From assembly GCA_015059845.1 (NCBI GenBank), contig SUZR01000011.1, positions 2,845 through 66,844 on the forward strand: 64,000 bases of DNA. The letters run 5' to 3'. The translations under genes and the position numbers were made by a program. Source of the stretch: Rikenellaceae bacterium (GTDB taxonomy: Bacteria; Bacteroidota; Bacteroidia; Bacteroidales; Rikenellaceae). Positions 28,772 to 38,472 of the stretch are shown here, one piece after another; position 1 is the first letter of the stretch, and every line of letters begins with the position of its first letter. The notes under the pieces were generated by a model. The model was not told the origin of the DNA, did not search any database, and worked only from the letters and a program-made list of their open reading frames with translations.

Positions 28772-30202
28772 CTACTTAGATTTTGCACTCTGCTGCACCT
28801 TTATCCACATACCAGCGGTGATGGCCAGCGTCACCACAGCCGCCAAAGCGTAGGCCAGCGTGCGGTTAGGCATACCGATAAACTGATTAGATACAAAGAC
28901 AAACGAGGTGCAGATATAGGTCATAAATACCGCTGGGGGCAGAGCCACCCAGATATTACGCTTAAACTTCTTCAGATAGACCACAATCACCCACAGCGTC
29001 ACAACCGACATAGCCTGATTACACCACGCAAAGTAGCGCCACACAACATCGAAATCGACAAAGAGCAGAGCAATACCGATGGCAAACAGAGGCAGGGCGA
29101 TAGAGAAGCGCTTTAGGATAGAGCGCTGCTCGACCTTCAACACATCGGCGACGATAAGGCGAGCCGAGCGGAAAGCCGTATCACCCGAGGTGATAGCTGC
29201 CGCAACAACACCAAACAGAGCCACAAAGCCACCCACAGCACCCAGCGTAGTGTTAGAGATGGTACTCACCGCCCACGCAGCGTCGTTGCCGTGCTCGGCT
29301 AGAGCGGCAACCAACGAATCGGGACCGTGGAAGAATGCCATACCGATAGCGGCCCAGATAAGGGCGATGATAGACTCGGTAATCATCGAGCCGTAGAATA
29401 TCATACGGCCCTCGCGCTCGTTATTCATACAGCGTGCCATAAGTGGCGACTGCGTAGCGTGGAAACCCGAGATAGCTCCACACGCCACCGTAATAAAGAG
29501 CGTGGGGATGATAGGCATAGCCTCGGCATTGGCCTGATAGTTACGCAGGGTGTCGAGGGTAAGGTTGGGAATGGTATAATCGCCCGTAAAGAGTACCACA
29601 GCAAGGCCGATGGCCATAAAAATCAAGGCACCGCCAAAGAGGGGATAGATCTTTCCGATGAGCTTATCGATGGGCAACATTGTTGCGATAAAATAGTAAA
29701 CCAGAATTATCGCAATCCAGCCCCAATAGGGTATTGCAGTAATCATCGAGCCGAGGATGCTGGCTGGCGAGCGCATAAAGACAACACCTACCAGAATCAA
29801 CAGCACCAGAGATATGGCACGCATAAATTGGCGCATACCGCCACCCAGGTAGCGACCCACAATCTCGGGCAGGCTCAGGCCGTCGTTACGCAGCAGGATG
29901 ATACCCGACAGGTAGTCGTGCATAGCACCCACGAAGATACCGCCAAAGGTAATCCACAGAAAGACCACCGGACCGAAGCAAGCACCCATTATAGCTCCGA
30001 AGATTGGGCCAATACCAGCAATATTTAACAGCTGAATGAGGAATGTACGCCAGCGCGGCATAGGAATGTAGTCCACGCCATCGTACAGCGTAGTGGATGG
30101 CACCGAGGCTTTGGCGTCAATCTTACAAACGCGGTCGAGGTATGCTCCATAGCCGAAATAAGCGGCTACGAGCAATGTCAGGCAGATAAGGAATGTTACC
30201 AT
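28772..30202 (-). CDS. cstA: Carbon starvation protein A (peptide/pyruvate transporter)
   Basis: QLLNIAGIGPIFGA, GAMHDY, ACGAISGFHATQSP and AITSGDTAFRSAR motifs. Confidence 0.93.
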   Translation of the reverse strand: MVTFLICLTLLVAAYFGYGAYLDRVCKIDAKASVPSTTLYDGVDYIPMPRWRTFLIQLLNIAGIGPIFGAIMGACFGPVVFLWITFGGIFVGAMHDYLSGIILLRNDGLSLPEIVGRYLGGGMRQFMRAISLVLLILVGVVFMRSPASILGSMITAIPYWGWIAIILVYYFIATMLPIDKLIGKIYPLFGGALIFMAIGLAVVLFTGDYTIPNLTLDTLRNYQANAEAMPIIPTLFITVACGAISGFHATQSPLMARCMNNEREGRMIFYGSMITESIIALIWAAIGMAFFHGPDSLVAALAEHGNDAAWAVSTISNTTLGAVGGFVALFGVVAAAITSGDTAFRSARLIVADVLKVEQRSILKRFSIALPLFAIGIALLFVDFDVVWRYFAWCNQAMSVVTLWVIVVYLKKFKRNIWVALPPAVFMTYICTSFVFVSNQFIGMPNRTLAYALAAVVTLAITAGMWIKVQQSAKSK

Positions 30203-30392
30203 AATACTCTTCAATTATTTTAGCTGCACTCGGCCCTGGTGTCGGGCGGCGGGGGTGCAGATGATAGATTTACGTAAGTGCGAATTTACTAAAAATCCTA
30301 AAAAAAATCGTACTTTTTCACAGCGAGATGGCTAAACTTACAAAATAATTACGATATTTGCACCCGAAATAAGGTCACACGATGGCCCGCAA

Positions 30393-30464
30393 GCTGAATT
30401 AGCTCAGTGGTAGAGCACTTCACTCGTAATGAAGGGGTCCCGAGTTCAAGTCTCGGATTCAGCT
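30393..30464 (+). tRNA. tRNA-Thr(CGT), CCA not encoded
   Basis: GCTGAAT/ATTCAGC acceptor, D-arm GCTC-AGTGGTA-GAGC, anticodon arm CTTCA-CTCGTAA-TGAAG, T-arm CCGAG-TTCAAGT-CTCGG. Confidence 0.97.
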
Positions 30465-30785
30465 CTGGAAAGGGAAACGGTAGCAAATGCTACCGTTTTT
30501 CTTTTCATATTGAGTCCAGCTGAACGAGGGACCCCCGAAGTCCTCCTTTCTCAAAGGAGGATTTAGGAGGAATGTAAATATAGTCCCCACGGGATGCAAA
30601 AGCATCCCCGAGTTCAAGTCTCGGATTCAGCTCTGGAAAGGGGAACGGTAGCAAATGCTACCGTTTTTCTTTTCATATTGAGTCAGGCTGAACAAGGGAC
30701 CCCCAAAGTCCTCCTTTCTCAAAGGAGGATTTAGGAGGAATGTAGATATAGTCCCCACGGGATGCAGAAGCATCCCCGAGTTCAA
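30439..30785 (+). repeat. 168-bp tandem repeat (2 full units plus 11 bp) starting inside the tRNA-Thr 3' half
   Basis: CCCGAGTTCAA recurs at 30439, 30607 and 30775; 7 differences between the two full units by eye. Confidence 0.95.
30475..30505 (+). terminator. Intrinsic terminator after tRNA-Thr (repeated at about 30643-30673)
   Basis: AAACGGTAGC-AAAT-GCTACCGTTT then TTCTTTT. Confidence 0.9.
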
Positions 30786-30797
30786 CTCCTAAGACAG

Positions 30798-30918
30798 GAA
30801 ACTGTATAACAAGAGCTATTTTGAAGCTGGTCGCAGACCGAGAAAGCGCAGTTTACTCTTCGTAAATGAGCATTTCGAGGGCAAGCCAGATGCCGAAAGA
30901 GCCTTGTTATACAGTTTC
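30798..30918. mobile_element. 121-bp MITE/ERIC-like palindromic element
   Basis: Perfect 16-bp terminal inverted repeats GAAACTGTATAACAAG / CTTGTTATACAGTTTC; internal imperfect palindrome; partial second copy at 42256. Confidence 0.65.
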
Positions 30919-30989
30919 TTTTATTTTATATATATTTTCTTTATATTTGTAAAATAATAACCTGCAAAAACTTAAAAAACGATAATCAT

Positions 30990-33332
30990 ATGAGAAAGAG
31001 AACTTTGCTTTGTGTGGTGGCTATGGTATTGGCGGCGACATCGCTTGTTGCGCAGCCGACAAAACGGCCTGTGGATTACGTGAATCCGATGATTGGTACT
31101 GACGGTATGGGACACACCTTCCCCGGAGCGTGCGCACCCTTCGGTATCGTGCAGCTCAGCCCCGATACGGACACCATCCCGCACAACATCAACGGCACAT
31201 ACCAGAAGAAGGTTTACGAATACTGCGCCGGCTACAAGTACAACGACACAACCATCGTCGGCTTCAGCCACACCCACTTCAGCGGTACAGGACACTCCGA
31301 CTTAGGCGATATTCTCATTATGCCCACAACGGGCGAGCTGAAGCTCAATCCCGGCACCGAGGAGAGCCCCGAGAGCGGCTACCGCTCACGCTTCTCGCAC
31401 ACGACCGAGAAGTCTATGCCCGGCTACTACGAGGTTATGCTCGACGACTACAACGTCAAGGCGCAGCTTACATCGACACAGCGCGTGGGCGTGCATAAGT
31501 ACACCTTCCCGAAGGGTGGCGACGGCCGCATCATCCTCGACCTCAACCACGGCATCTACAACTACGACGGCAAGACGCTGTGGGCCTCGATTCGCGTGGA
31601 GAGCCCCACGCTCATCACGGGCTACCGCATCACAAACGGCTGGGCACGAACAAATTACACATACTTCGCAATCTCGCTCTCGCAGCCCATCAAGAACTAC
31701 GGCTACAAGGATATGCAGAAGATTCTCTACAACGGTTTCTGGCGCAAGTTCCCCGTTAACAAGAACTTCCCCGAGATGGCGGGCCGCAAGGTGGTATCTT
31801 ACTTCGAGTTTGACACCGAGGAGAGCCCCGAGCTGGAGGTTAAGGTGGCCCTCTCGGCTACAAGCACCGAGGGTGCTGTGAAAAACCTGATGGCCGAGGC
31901 CGACGGCAAGAGCTTCGATGTTATCGCCCGCGAGGCATCCGAGGCGTGGAACAAGCAACTTGCCTCTATCGAGGTGGAGGGCTCGGAGGACCAGAAGGCT
32001 ATGGTCTATACTTCGTACTACCATACGATGATTAACCCCTCGGTATATATGGATGTTGACGGCAAGTACCGCGGTCTGGACCAGAATATGCATCAGGCTG
32101 ACGGCTTTAAGAACTACACTGTATTCTCATTATGGGACACTTACCGTGCCGAGCACCCCTTCTTGATGTTGATGAAGCCCACCGAGGCTCGCGATATGGC
32201 TATGTCGATGATTCGCCACCAGCAGCAGAGCGTACACGGCCTGCTGCCCATCTGGAGCCATATGGCCAACGACAACTGGTGTATGAGCGGCTACCACGCC
32301 ACATCTGTCTTGGCCGACGCCATAGCAAAGGGTGCCAACGTGGATAAGGACGAGGCGCTGAAGGCGATGGTTACAACCTCAAACGTGCCCTACTTTGATG
32401 GTCTGGGCGAGTATGTGAAGTTGGGTTATGTGCCTCTGGAGGCGACCAGCACCGCAGCCTCTACGACGTTGGAGTATTGCTACGACGACTGGACCATCTA
32501 CAAGACCGCGCTGGCGGCTGGTAACCAGAAGGTGACTGACGAGTACTACAAGCGCGCGCTCAACTACCGCCACATCTACGACAAGGAGCTTGGCTTTGCC
32601 CGCCCGAAGTATCGTGACGGCTCGTTCAAGCCCGAGTTTGATGTGTTGCAGACACACGGCGAGGGTTTCATCGAGGGTAACTCGTGGAACTTCTCATTCC
32701 ACGTGCCACACGATGTCTTTGGCGTCATCAACCAGATGGGTGGCGAGCAGGAGTTCCTACGCAAGCTGGACGAGTTGTTCGCAATGCACCTCCCCGAGGA
32801 GTATTACGCAGCAAATGAGGATATTACAGCAGACTGTCTGATTGGCGGCTACGTACACGGCAACGAGCCGAGCCACCACATACCCTACCTCTACGCGTGG
32901 ACCTCGCAGCCGTGGAAGACGCAGTATTGGGTGCGTGAGGTGATGAACAAGATGTACAAGAATCATATTCGCGGCTTGGGCGGCAACGACGACTGCGGAC
33001 AGATGTCGGCGTGGTATCTCTTCACCGCGATGGGCTTCTACCCCGTATGTCCGGGTACCGACCAGTATGTTTTGGGTGCGCCCTACCTGCCCTATATGAA
33101 GCTCTCGCTCGCCAATGGCCAGAGCCTTGAGATTAAGGCACCGGGTGTGAGTGACAAGAATCGCTACGTGAAGGCTGTGCTTCTCAATGGCAAGCCCTAC
33201 ACCAAGACCTACATCACACACGAGGATATTGTGGGTGGCGGCACGCTGGAGTTTGTGATGAGCGCAAAGCCCAACAAGAAGCGCGGTCTGGCATCGAGCG
33301 ACAAGCCCTACTCATTAACCAACGGAGAGTAA
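30990..33332 (+). CDS. GH92 alpha-1,2-mannosidase
   Basis: Signal peptide, YVNPMIGT, GHTFPGA, FSHTHFSGTG, SLWDTYRA, TLEYCYDD, HGNEPSHH and GNDDCGQMSAWY motifs. Confidence 0.95.
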   Translation: MRKRTLLCVVAMVLAATSLVAQPTKRPVDYVNPMIGTDGMGHTFPGACAPFGIVQLSPDTDTIPHNINGTYQKKVYEYCAGYKYNDTTIVGFSHTHFSGTGHSDLGDILIMPTTGELKLNPGTEESPESGYRSRFSHTTEKSMPGYYEVMLDDYNVKAQLTSTQRVGVHKYTFPKGGDGRIILDLNHGIYNYDGKTLWASIRVESPTLITGYRITNGWARTNYTYFAISLSQPIKNYGYKDMQKILYNGFWRKFPVNKNFPEMAGRKVVSYFEFDTEESPELEVKVALSATSTEGAVKNLMAEADGKSFDVIAREASEAWNKQLASIEVEGSEDQKAMVYTSYYHTMINPSVYMDVDGKYRGLDQNMHQADGFKNYTVFSLWDTYRAEHPFLMLMKPTEARDMAMSMIRHQQQSVHGLLPIWSHMANDNWCMSGYHATSVLADAIAKGANVDKDEALKAMVTTSNVPYFDGLGEYVKLGYVPLEATSTAASTTLEYCYDDWTIYKTALAAGNQKVTDEYYKRALNYRHIYDKELGFARPKYRDGSFKPEFDVLQTHGEGFIEGNSWNFSFHVPHDVFGVINQMGGEQEFLRKLDELFAMHLPEEYYAANEDITADCLIGGYVHGNEPSHHIPYLYAWTSQPWKTQYWVREVMNKMYKNHIRGLGGNDDCGQMSAWYLFTAMGFYPVCPGTDQYVLGAPYLPYMKLSLANGQSLEIKAPGVSDKNRYVKAVLLNGKPYTKTYITHEDIVGGGTLEFVMSAKPNKKRGLASSDKPYSLTNGE

Positions 33333-33333
33333 T

Positions 33334-33362
33334 AAAAAAGCGGCCTGAGAGCCGCTTTTTTA
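33334..33362. terminator. Bidirectional terminator between GH92 and the thioesterase
   Basis: AAAAAGCGGC-CTGAGA-GCCGCTTTTT. Confidence 0.85.
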
Positions 33363-33749
33363 TTTTACATATTCGCGCCACGCATCGGGCACGGGAACAG
33401 ATTGCTGCGCCTGCGCATCGAAGCAGACCATCACCGTACGCGAACGACTGCACTCCCTATCGCCACAGAGAATTCGCTGCTGGAGCGTGAGACTCTTTTC
33501 GCCAATTGATTCGATATACGTTTCGACCTCAACCCCCTCGCCCATACGGATTTGCGAGAGGAAATCGGTCTGCAGCGACACGATGATAGCGGGTATAGGC
33601 TCCAGCACACCCGTGCGACGCCACAGCTCACGAAAAAGCTCCGTCTTGCCTACATCGAAGTAGTTCTGCTGGGCGACATTATTCACGTGGCCGAAGGAGT
33701 CAACATCAGCAAAGCGCATCTGTATCGCAGTTCTGATAACGAGTGCCAT
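33360..33749 (-). CDS. Acyl-CoA thioesterase (4HBT/YbgC hotdog fold)
   Basis: IQMRFADVDSFGHVNN motif. Confidence 0.9.
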   Translation of the reverse strand: MALVIRTAIQMRFADVDSFGHVNNVAQQNYFDVGKTELFRELWRRTGVLEPIPAIIVSLQTDFLSQIRMGEGVEVETYIESIGEKSLTLQQRILCGDRECSRSRTVMVCFDAQAQQSVPVPDAWREYVK

Positions 33750-33750
33750 A

Positions 33751-34317
33751 CTACTTGCGGATTATCTTCACCTCGCCCCTCTCGCCGAAAGCGATAATTG
33801 AGCTGGGCTGGCACGTAGGCTTACCCTGAAAACGGGGGTTGACAACAAAATCGACACCGTCGATAATCTCGCGTACCACATCCTTTAGACCCTTCAGCGG
33901 CGTAGGCTCTCCCGAGATATTGGCCGAGGTAGAGACAATCGGCTTGCCGAACTTGCGAATCAACTGCTGGCAGAAGTCGTGGTTGGGAACGCGCACACCC
34001 AGAGTACCCTCCTCGGGGATGAGGTTTGCAGCAACGCCAACCGCGCCGCCAAGAATCAAAGTCAGCGGTTTCTCGGACATCTCCATAACCTCAAAGGCGA
34101 TACCTGGCGCCTTGTTCACGTAACGCACAATCATATCGGCATCGCGGCAGAGGACAATCATCGAAGTCTTGTTCTCGCTCTGCTTGAGCTTATATATCTT
34201 CTCTACGGCCTCCGCGTTGGTGGCATCGCAACCTATGCCCCACACCGTGTCGGTGGGATAGAGGATTAGACCTCCTGCACGCAGCACCTCGAGGGCGGCT
34301 TGTAACTCTTTTTCCAT
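33751..34317 (-). CDS. tsaC: L-threonylcarbamoyladenylate synthase (Sua5/YrdC)
   Basis: ILYPTDTVWGIGCDA, KIYKLK and PIVSTSANISG motifs; ATG at 34317. Confidence 0.93.
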   Translation of the reverse strand: MEKELQAALEVLRAGGLILYPTDTVWGIGCDATNAEAVEKIYKLKQSENKTSMIVLCRDADMIVRYVNKAPGIAFEVMEMSEKPLTLILGGAVGVAANLIPEEGTLGVRVPNHDFCQQLIRKFGKPIVSTSANISGEPTPLKGLKDVVREIIDGVDFVVNPRFQGKPTCQPSSIIAFGERGEVKIIRK

Positions 34318-34468
34318 AACGAATTTCTTTTGTTTGCGACAAAAGTAGTGAAAATTCGCCACACTCACTCAACCATTATGGTGATTTTTAGCGCTGAGGG
34401 TTGCTCTTTGGCAATTATTTTACTAATTTTGCGACCAGCAAAAAAATAATAACAAAAAATAACTCACT

Positions 34469-35200
34469 ATGGGAAGAGCGTTTGAGTATCGCAAAGCAAG
34501 AAAAATGAAGCGTTGGGGTCATATGGCCCGCGTATTTACCAAGATTGGTAAGGAGATTGAGATGGCAGTAAAGGCTTCGGGTTCAGACCCCTCGTCTAAC
34601 ACCCGCCTGCGTATCTTGATTCAGAATGCAAAGGCAGAGAATATGCCCAAGGAGAACATCGAGCGTGCAATCAAGCGTGCAACCGACAAGGATGCTGCCG
34701 ATTACAAGGAGATGATTTACGAGGGATATGGTCCTCACGGTGTTGCATTCCTCGTTGAGACTGCAACCGACAACACAAACCGTACGGTAGCAAGCGTCAG
34801 AATGTACTTCAACAAGTGCGGCGGTACGCTGGGTAACTCTGGTTCTGTGGCATTTATGTTCGAGCACAAGTGCGTCTTCAAGTTCAAGCCTGCCGTCGAG
34901 TTCGACCCCGAGGAGATGGAGCTTGAGATGATTGACCTGGGCGTTGACGAGTTCTTCGCTGAGGAGGGTGAGGTTACGGTTAGTGCCCCCTACGAGTCAT
35001 TCGGTGCTATTCAGAAGTGGATTGAGGATAACGGTTACGAGTTGGTATCAGGTGAGGGTGTGCGTATCCCCACCGACACAAAGACTCTGACTGCCGAGCA
35101 GCGTGCAGACGTTGAGAAGTTGCAGGAGAAGTTGGAGGAGGATGACGATATCGTAAACGTATATCACACTATGGCTGAGGCCGAGGATGAGGAGGAGTAA
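34469..35200 (+). CDS. yebC: YebC/PmpR family protein
   Basis: MGRAFEYRK, NMPKENIERAI, YEGYGPHG and TDNTNRT motifs. Confidence 0.95.
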   Translation: MGRAFEYRKARKMKRWGHMARVFTKIGKEIEMAVKASGSDPSSNTRLRILIQNAKAENMPKENIERAIKRATDKDAADYKEMIYEGYGPHGVAFLVETATDNTNRTVASVRMYFNKCGGTLGNSGSVAFMFEHKCVFKFKPAVEFDPEEMELEMIDLGVDEFFAEEGEVTVSAPYESFGAIQKWIEDNGYELVSGEGVRIPTDTKTLTAEQRADVEKLQEKLEEDDDIVNVYHTMAEAEDEEE

Positions 35201-35220
35201 TCATCTACCCCGATAATATG

Positions 35221-35248
35221 AAAGCCACCTAAAAAGGTGGCTTTTTTT
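35221..35248 (+). terminator. Intrinsic terminator after yebC
   Basis: AAAGCCACCT/AGGTGGCTTT plus a T run; the same stem recurs at 53024-53047. Confidence 0.85.
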
Positions 35249-35269
35249 GTTGATTATATTATAGAAATT

Positions 35270-35347
35270 ATAAGTGTTATGGGTGTTATGGGTGTTATAG
35301 GTATTACATATAACACTTATAATGCTTATAGCACCTATAACACTTAT
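35270..35347. repeat. Palindromic array of 9-bp units (4 forward + 4 inverted)
   Basis: ATAAGTGTT ATGGGTGTT ATGGGTGTT ATAGGTATT, spacer ACATAT, then AACACTTAT AATGCTTAT AGCACCTAT AACACTTAT. Confidence 0.9.
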
Positions 35348-37398
35348 TTCTTACTACCCCATTTAGGAGTAATACCGAGGAAAAATTCAAAGTTAATTCC
35401 CGGCATCGGGCGCGAGAGAACGGAGAGATACTCCTCGTCGAAGAGGTTATTCACAGCCCCCTTGAGCGAGAGGTCGGCCCACGCAAGCGAGAAACGCTTT
35501 TCGAGGCTAATGTTGCTCATATAGTATGGCGGGAGGTTGCCCGAGAGCGAGAGGTCATTGCTCGACATTGTGTAACGCTCGCTGTAATGACACCACTTAT
35601 AGAGCAGCGACCACGTGCGATACGACAGCTCACCCGTCAGCGTGGCGGATATCTCGGGCACGTAGGGCAGCTGCTTACCCACCGACTTATCGGCGGGCGA
35701 CATCGGCTCGCCCTCATTGATGGAGGGTGTCCACGAGAAGGTGCCATTCATACCCAGATGCCACTCATCGCTAAGCGCAACGGCCAGCTCGGCCTCCAGC
35801 TCCACGCCATAGGCGTGAACGCTCTTGATATTGCGGGGCGAGAAGAATCCCTTGGTTGTGGGCAGCCATATAATCCAATCCTTCACGTGCGAGTCAAACC
35901 ACGAGGCAGAGCCCGAGAGGGAGTAGCTACCCTCGCGTCCTACGGCAAACGAGAGGCCCGCATCGTAGGTCCAGCCGCTCTCACGCTTTAGGTCGGGATT
36001 TCCTCCCGGCAGGAAGTAGAGGTCGTTGAGCGTGGGGAAACGGAAGTTACGCGACAGCGAGGCCTTAGCCACGATATTGCCGCGCTTCGAGAGTACGCCA
36101 TCCACAAAGAGCGCAGGGATAACGGGAGTCCACTCCGTGCCAAACATCTCCTCACGCAGAACAAGCGACACGCCGAGGCGCTCCGTCGGTCGCCACTTGG
36201 CTGACACAGAGCCAGACAGCTCAATGCGGCCCTTGTTATATCCCACGATGGCCTTGTCGCCCTGCTGCAGGATGATATTCTTGTCGCGGCTCTCAACAAG
36301 GTGCTGGTGCGCCGAAACGGAGGCGGTGAAGAGCCACTTCGAGCCGATATAATACTCGCCATCGACCTGCCCGTAGAAGGTGTTTACCTTGCTGCGCGAG
36401 CGGGTCATCGAGGTCATAATGCCATTGCCCGCATCACGCTTATAGTCGTAGGCCATCCACGTGTGGATATAGCCCGCCTTGGCCGCCACCTTCCACGTAC
36501 TGCTCAGGTGGTCCCACGACAAAACGCCACGGAAGGTATGCTCACGCTGGCGGTTATCGAACTCGGCGGCCTCACCGTAATCGGTGGTGAGCATCGGCAG
36601 CTCGCGGTTGGAGTTTATGTACCACGCGCTCAGACCGAAACGCTCGCCACTATCGGAGTTATAGTAGGCCTCCTGCAAGATATGCAAATCCTTGAACGAG
36701 CCGCTGCGGTTGCGCTCAACGGGGTAGTATTGGCCGACGATAGTGTTATTATCGTCGTAGATATTCTCCTTCTTATCGTGGTTGCGGTACTTATATTCGT
36801 TGGGCGAAGATGAATAGACGGCACGTGTCGAGAGCTGCCAATTCTTATTGCCATAGGTCAGACGCAGGAACTCATCGAAGGTCTGGAACGACCCCACGCC
36901 CTGCACATACTGCAGACCGAAGCCCTCATTCTGCAGCGCCTTGGTCGAGAGCCTCACGGCTCCACCCAGACCGCCACCCGTCTCGCTGACGGACGAGGTG
37001 CCGTGCAGCAGCGAAGCGTCATCAATAAAGTAGGAGGGAATCATCGAGAAGTCGGTCATACCCAACATCGGGTTGTTGATACGCATTCCGTTCCACGTAA
37101 CCTGCGTATGCGAGGGTGACGTGCCACGAAAGGCGACCGTAGAGAGTGTGGCGCGGCCGTAGCTCTTGACAAAAATCGAAGAGTTGAACGTCAGCACATC
37201 GGCAATCGAGAGGGCGATATTCTCCTTCAGCACCACCGAGTCGAACTTGGTCTGCTGCACGCCTATCTCCTTCATCGGGCGGCGGCCATAGACCGTAACC
37301 TCCTTGATGGGGATGGTACGACGTGGCTCCTCCTGCGCCTGCGTGGCGAGGGGTGCGGCCAATAGTACCAATATTAATATGTCGAGAAGTCGCCTCAT
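35344..37398 (-). CDS. btuB: TonB-dependent receptor, BtuB-like cobalamin transporter
   Basis: Plug domain (KSYGRATLSTVAFRG..HTQVTWNG), barrel with GNPDLKRE, VNNLFDEEY..MPG; last gene of a riboswitch-led operon. Confidence 0.85.
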   Translation of the reverse strand: MRRLLDILILVLLAAPLATQAQEEPRRTIPIKEVTVYGRRPMKEIGVQQTKFDSVVLKENIALSIADVLTFNSSIFVKSYGRATLSTVAFRGTSPSHTQVTWNGMRINNPMLGMTDFSMIPSYFIDDASLLHGTSSVSETGGGLGGAVRLSTKALQNEGFGLQYVQGVGSFQTFDEFLRLTYGNKNWQLSTRAVYSSSPNEYKYRNHDKKENIYDDNNTIVGQYYPVERNRSGSFKDLHILQEAYYNSDSGERFGLSAWYINSNRELPMLTTDYGEAAEFDNRQREHTFRGVLSWDHLSSTWKVAAKAGYIHTWMAYDYKRDAGNGIMTSMTRSRSKVNTFYGQVDGEYYIGSKWLFTASVSAHQHLVESRDKNIILQQGDKAIVGYNKGRIELSGSVSAKWRPTERLGVSLVLREEMFGTEWTPVIPALFVDGVLSKRGNIVAKASLSRNFRFPTLNDLYFLPGGNPDLKRESGWTYDAGLSFAVGREGSYSLSGSASWFDSHVKDWIIWLPTTKGFFSPRNIKSVHAYGVELEAELAVALSDEWHLGMNGTFSWTPSINEGEPMSPADKSVGKQLPYVPEISATLTGELSYRTWSLLYKWCHYSERYTMSSNDLSLSGNLPPYYMSNISLEKRFSLAWADLSLKGAVNNLFDEEYLSVLSRPMPGINFEFFLGITPKWGSKK

Positions 37399-38472
37399 CT
37401 ATTTCCAACAAAAAGCTCCAGGGATTACTCCCACATAAAACTCATCCACCAGCTCACCCTCGGCCGAGTAGCGATAGACCTTACCCTGCTGCTGGTAGTC
37501 GATGGCGTCGGCCACATACACATCGCCCTCGACAGGGTCGATGGTGAGGCCATAATAAATCGTTTCGCGCTGCTTCAGGAATGGCTTCACGGGCAGACGC
37601 TCGGCCGTCACGTCCATATCCCAGACATCGTCGTTGAGCCAATAGAGTTTATCGCCCGCGCCATTTATCTGCACCTCCGAGGGGTCATCGCCCAGCGTGA
37701 ACTTAAATCGTTTCTCTATGGTAAACGTTTCGGCATCAATGCGATACAGTGACGGTGCCTCATAGCCATAGGGTGAGCCCTCGTAGCCGCCATCCGTTAT
37801 GCTCCACATCTTGCCGTTCTTATCCAGCACCAGCGACGTGGGTTGTATGCCCACCTGCAACTCCGCCACAACCTTATCGGTGCGGGTGTCAATCTTCAGG
37901 ATGCGATTCTGGTACGACCAGCAGTTTACATATACATAGTCGCCCCACTGCACCATCTGCTCGGTCGAGCCCGTCTCCATAGTCATACCGGGGCACTCAA
38001 TCGAGCCCGTAACCTCAAAGGTGTGGGGGTTGACGATAAAGATGCGGTTATCCCAAATCTGCGTCACGTAGGCCTTCTCGTCCGAGAGGAAGTGGATATA
38101 GCGCGGCGAGGTGAGGTTTGTAATGCGGCCCACCTCCTTGAATGTAGTCACATCGATAGCAAAAATCACGTGCGAGTTATTCACCACAATCCACCCCACG
38201 CCATCGCGCACCACCATCGACTGCGCAACGTCGCCCAGCTTCATCGCGTTGGCACGGAAGAAGACCTCGTTCTCCACCTCGCCCGTAGTGGGGTCGTAAT
38301 ACGACAGCGAGGCATTACCATACTGGAAGTTACCCTCGTTGGTAATGAACAAGCCCCGACCTGCGGCCGAGAACTCCTCCTCGGTGCCATACTCCCACTT
38401 CATACAACCGCCCATCAAGAGCAGTTGAAGAGCTGTGGCAACAAGCACTATGACCTTTGCTCTGTTATTCAT
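37399..38472 (-). CDS. btuG: BtuG-like surface beta-propeller lipoprotein (YncE/DUF5074)
   Basis: Lipobox GGC; FITNEGNFQYGNASLSYYD, LGDVAQSM, SPRY and ADAIDYQQQG motifs; adjacent to btuB. Confidence 0.85.
   Translation of the reverse strand: MNNRAKVIVLVATALQLLLMGGCMKWEYGTEEEFSAAGRGLFITNEGNFQYGNASLSYYDPTTGEVENEVFFRANAMKLGDVAQSMVVRDGVGWIVVNNSHVIFAIDVTTFKEVGRITNLTSPRYIHFLSDEKAYVTQIWDNRIFIVNPHTFEVTGSIECPGMTMETGSTEQMVQWGDYVYVNCWSYQNRILKIDTRTDKVVAELQVGIQPTSLVLDKNGKMWSITDGGYEGSPYGYEAPSLYRIDAETFTIEKRFKFTLGDDPSEVQINGAGDKLYWLNDDVWDMDVTAERLPVKPFLKQRETIYYGLTIDPVEGDVYVADAIDYQQQGKVYRYSAEGELVDEFYVGVIPGAFCWK

Noticed and set aside
30439-30785. tRNA 3' duplication as attL/attR of a prophage or ICE
   Set aside because: Only 168 bp lie between copies and there is no integrase or cargo; reported as a tandem repeat instead.
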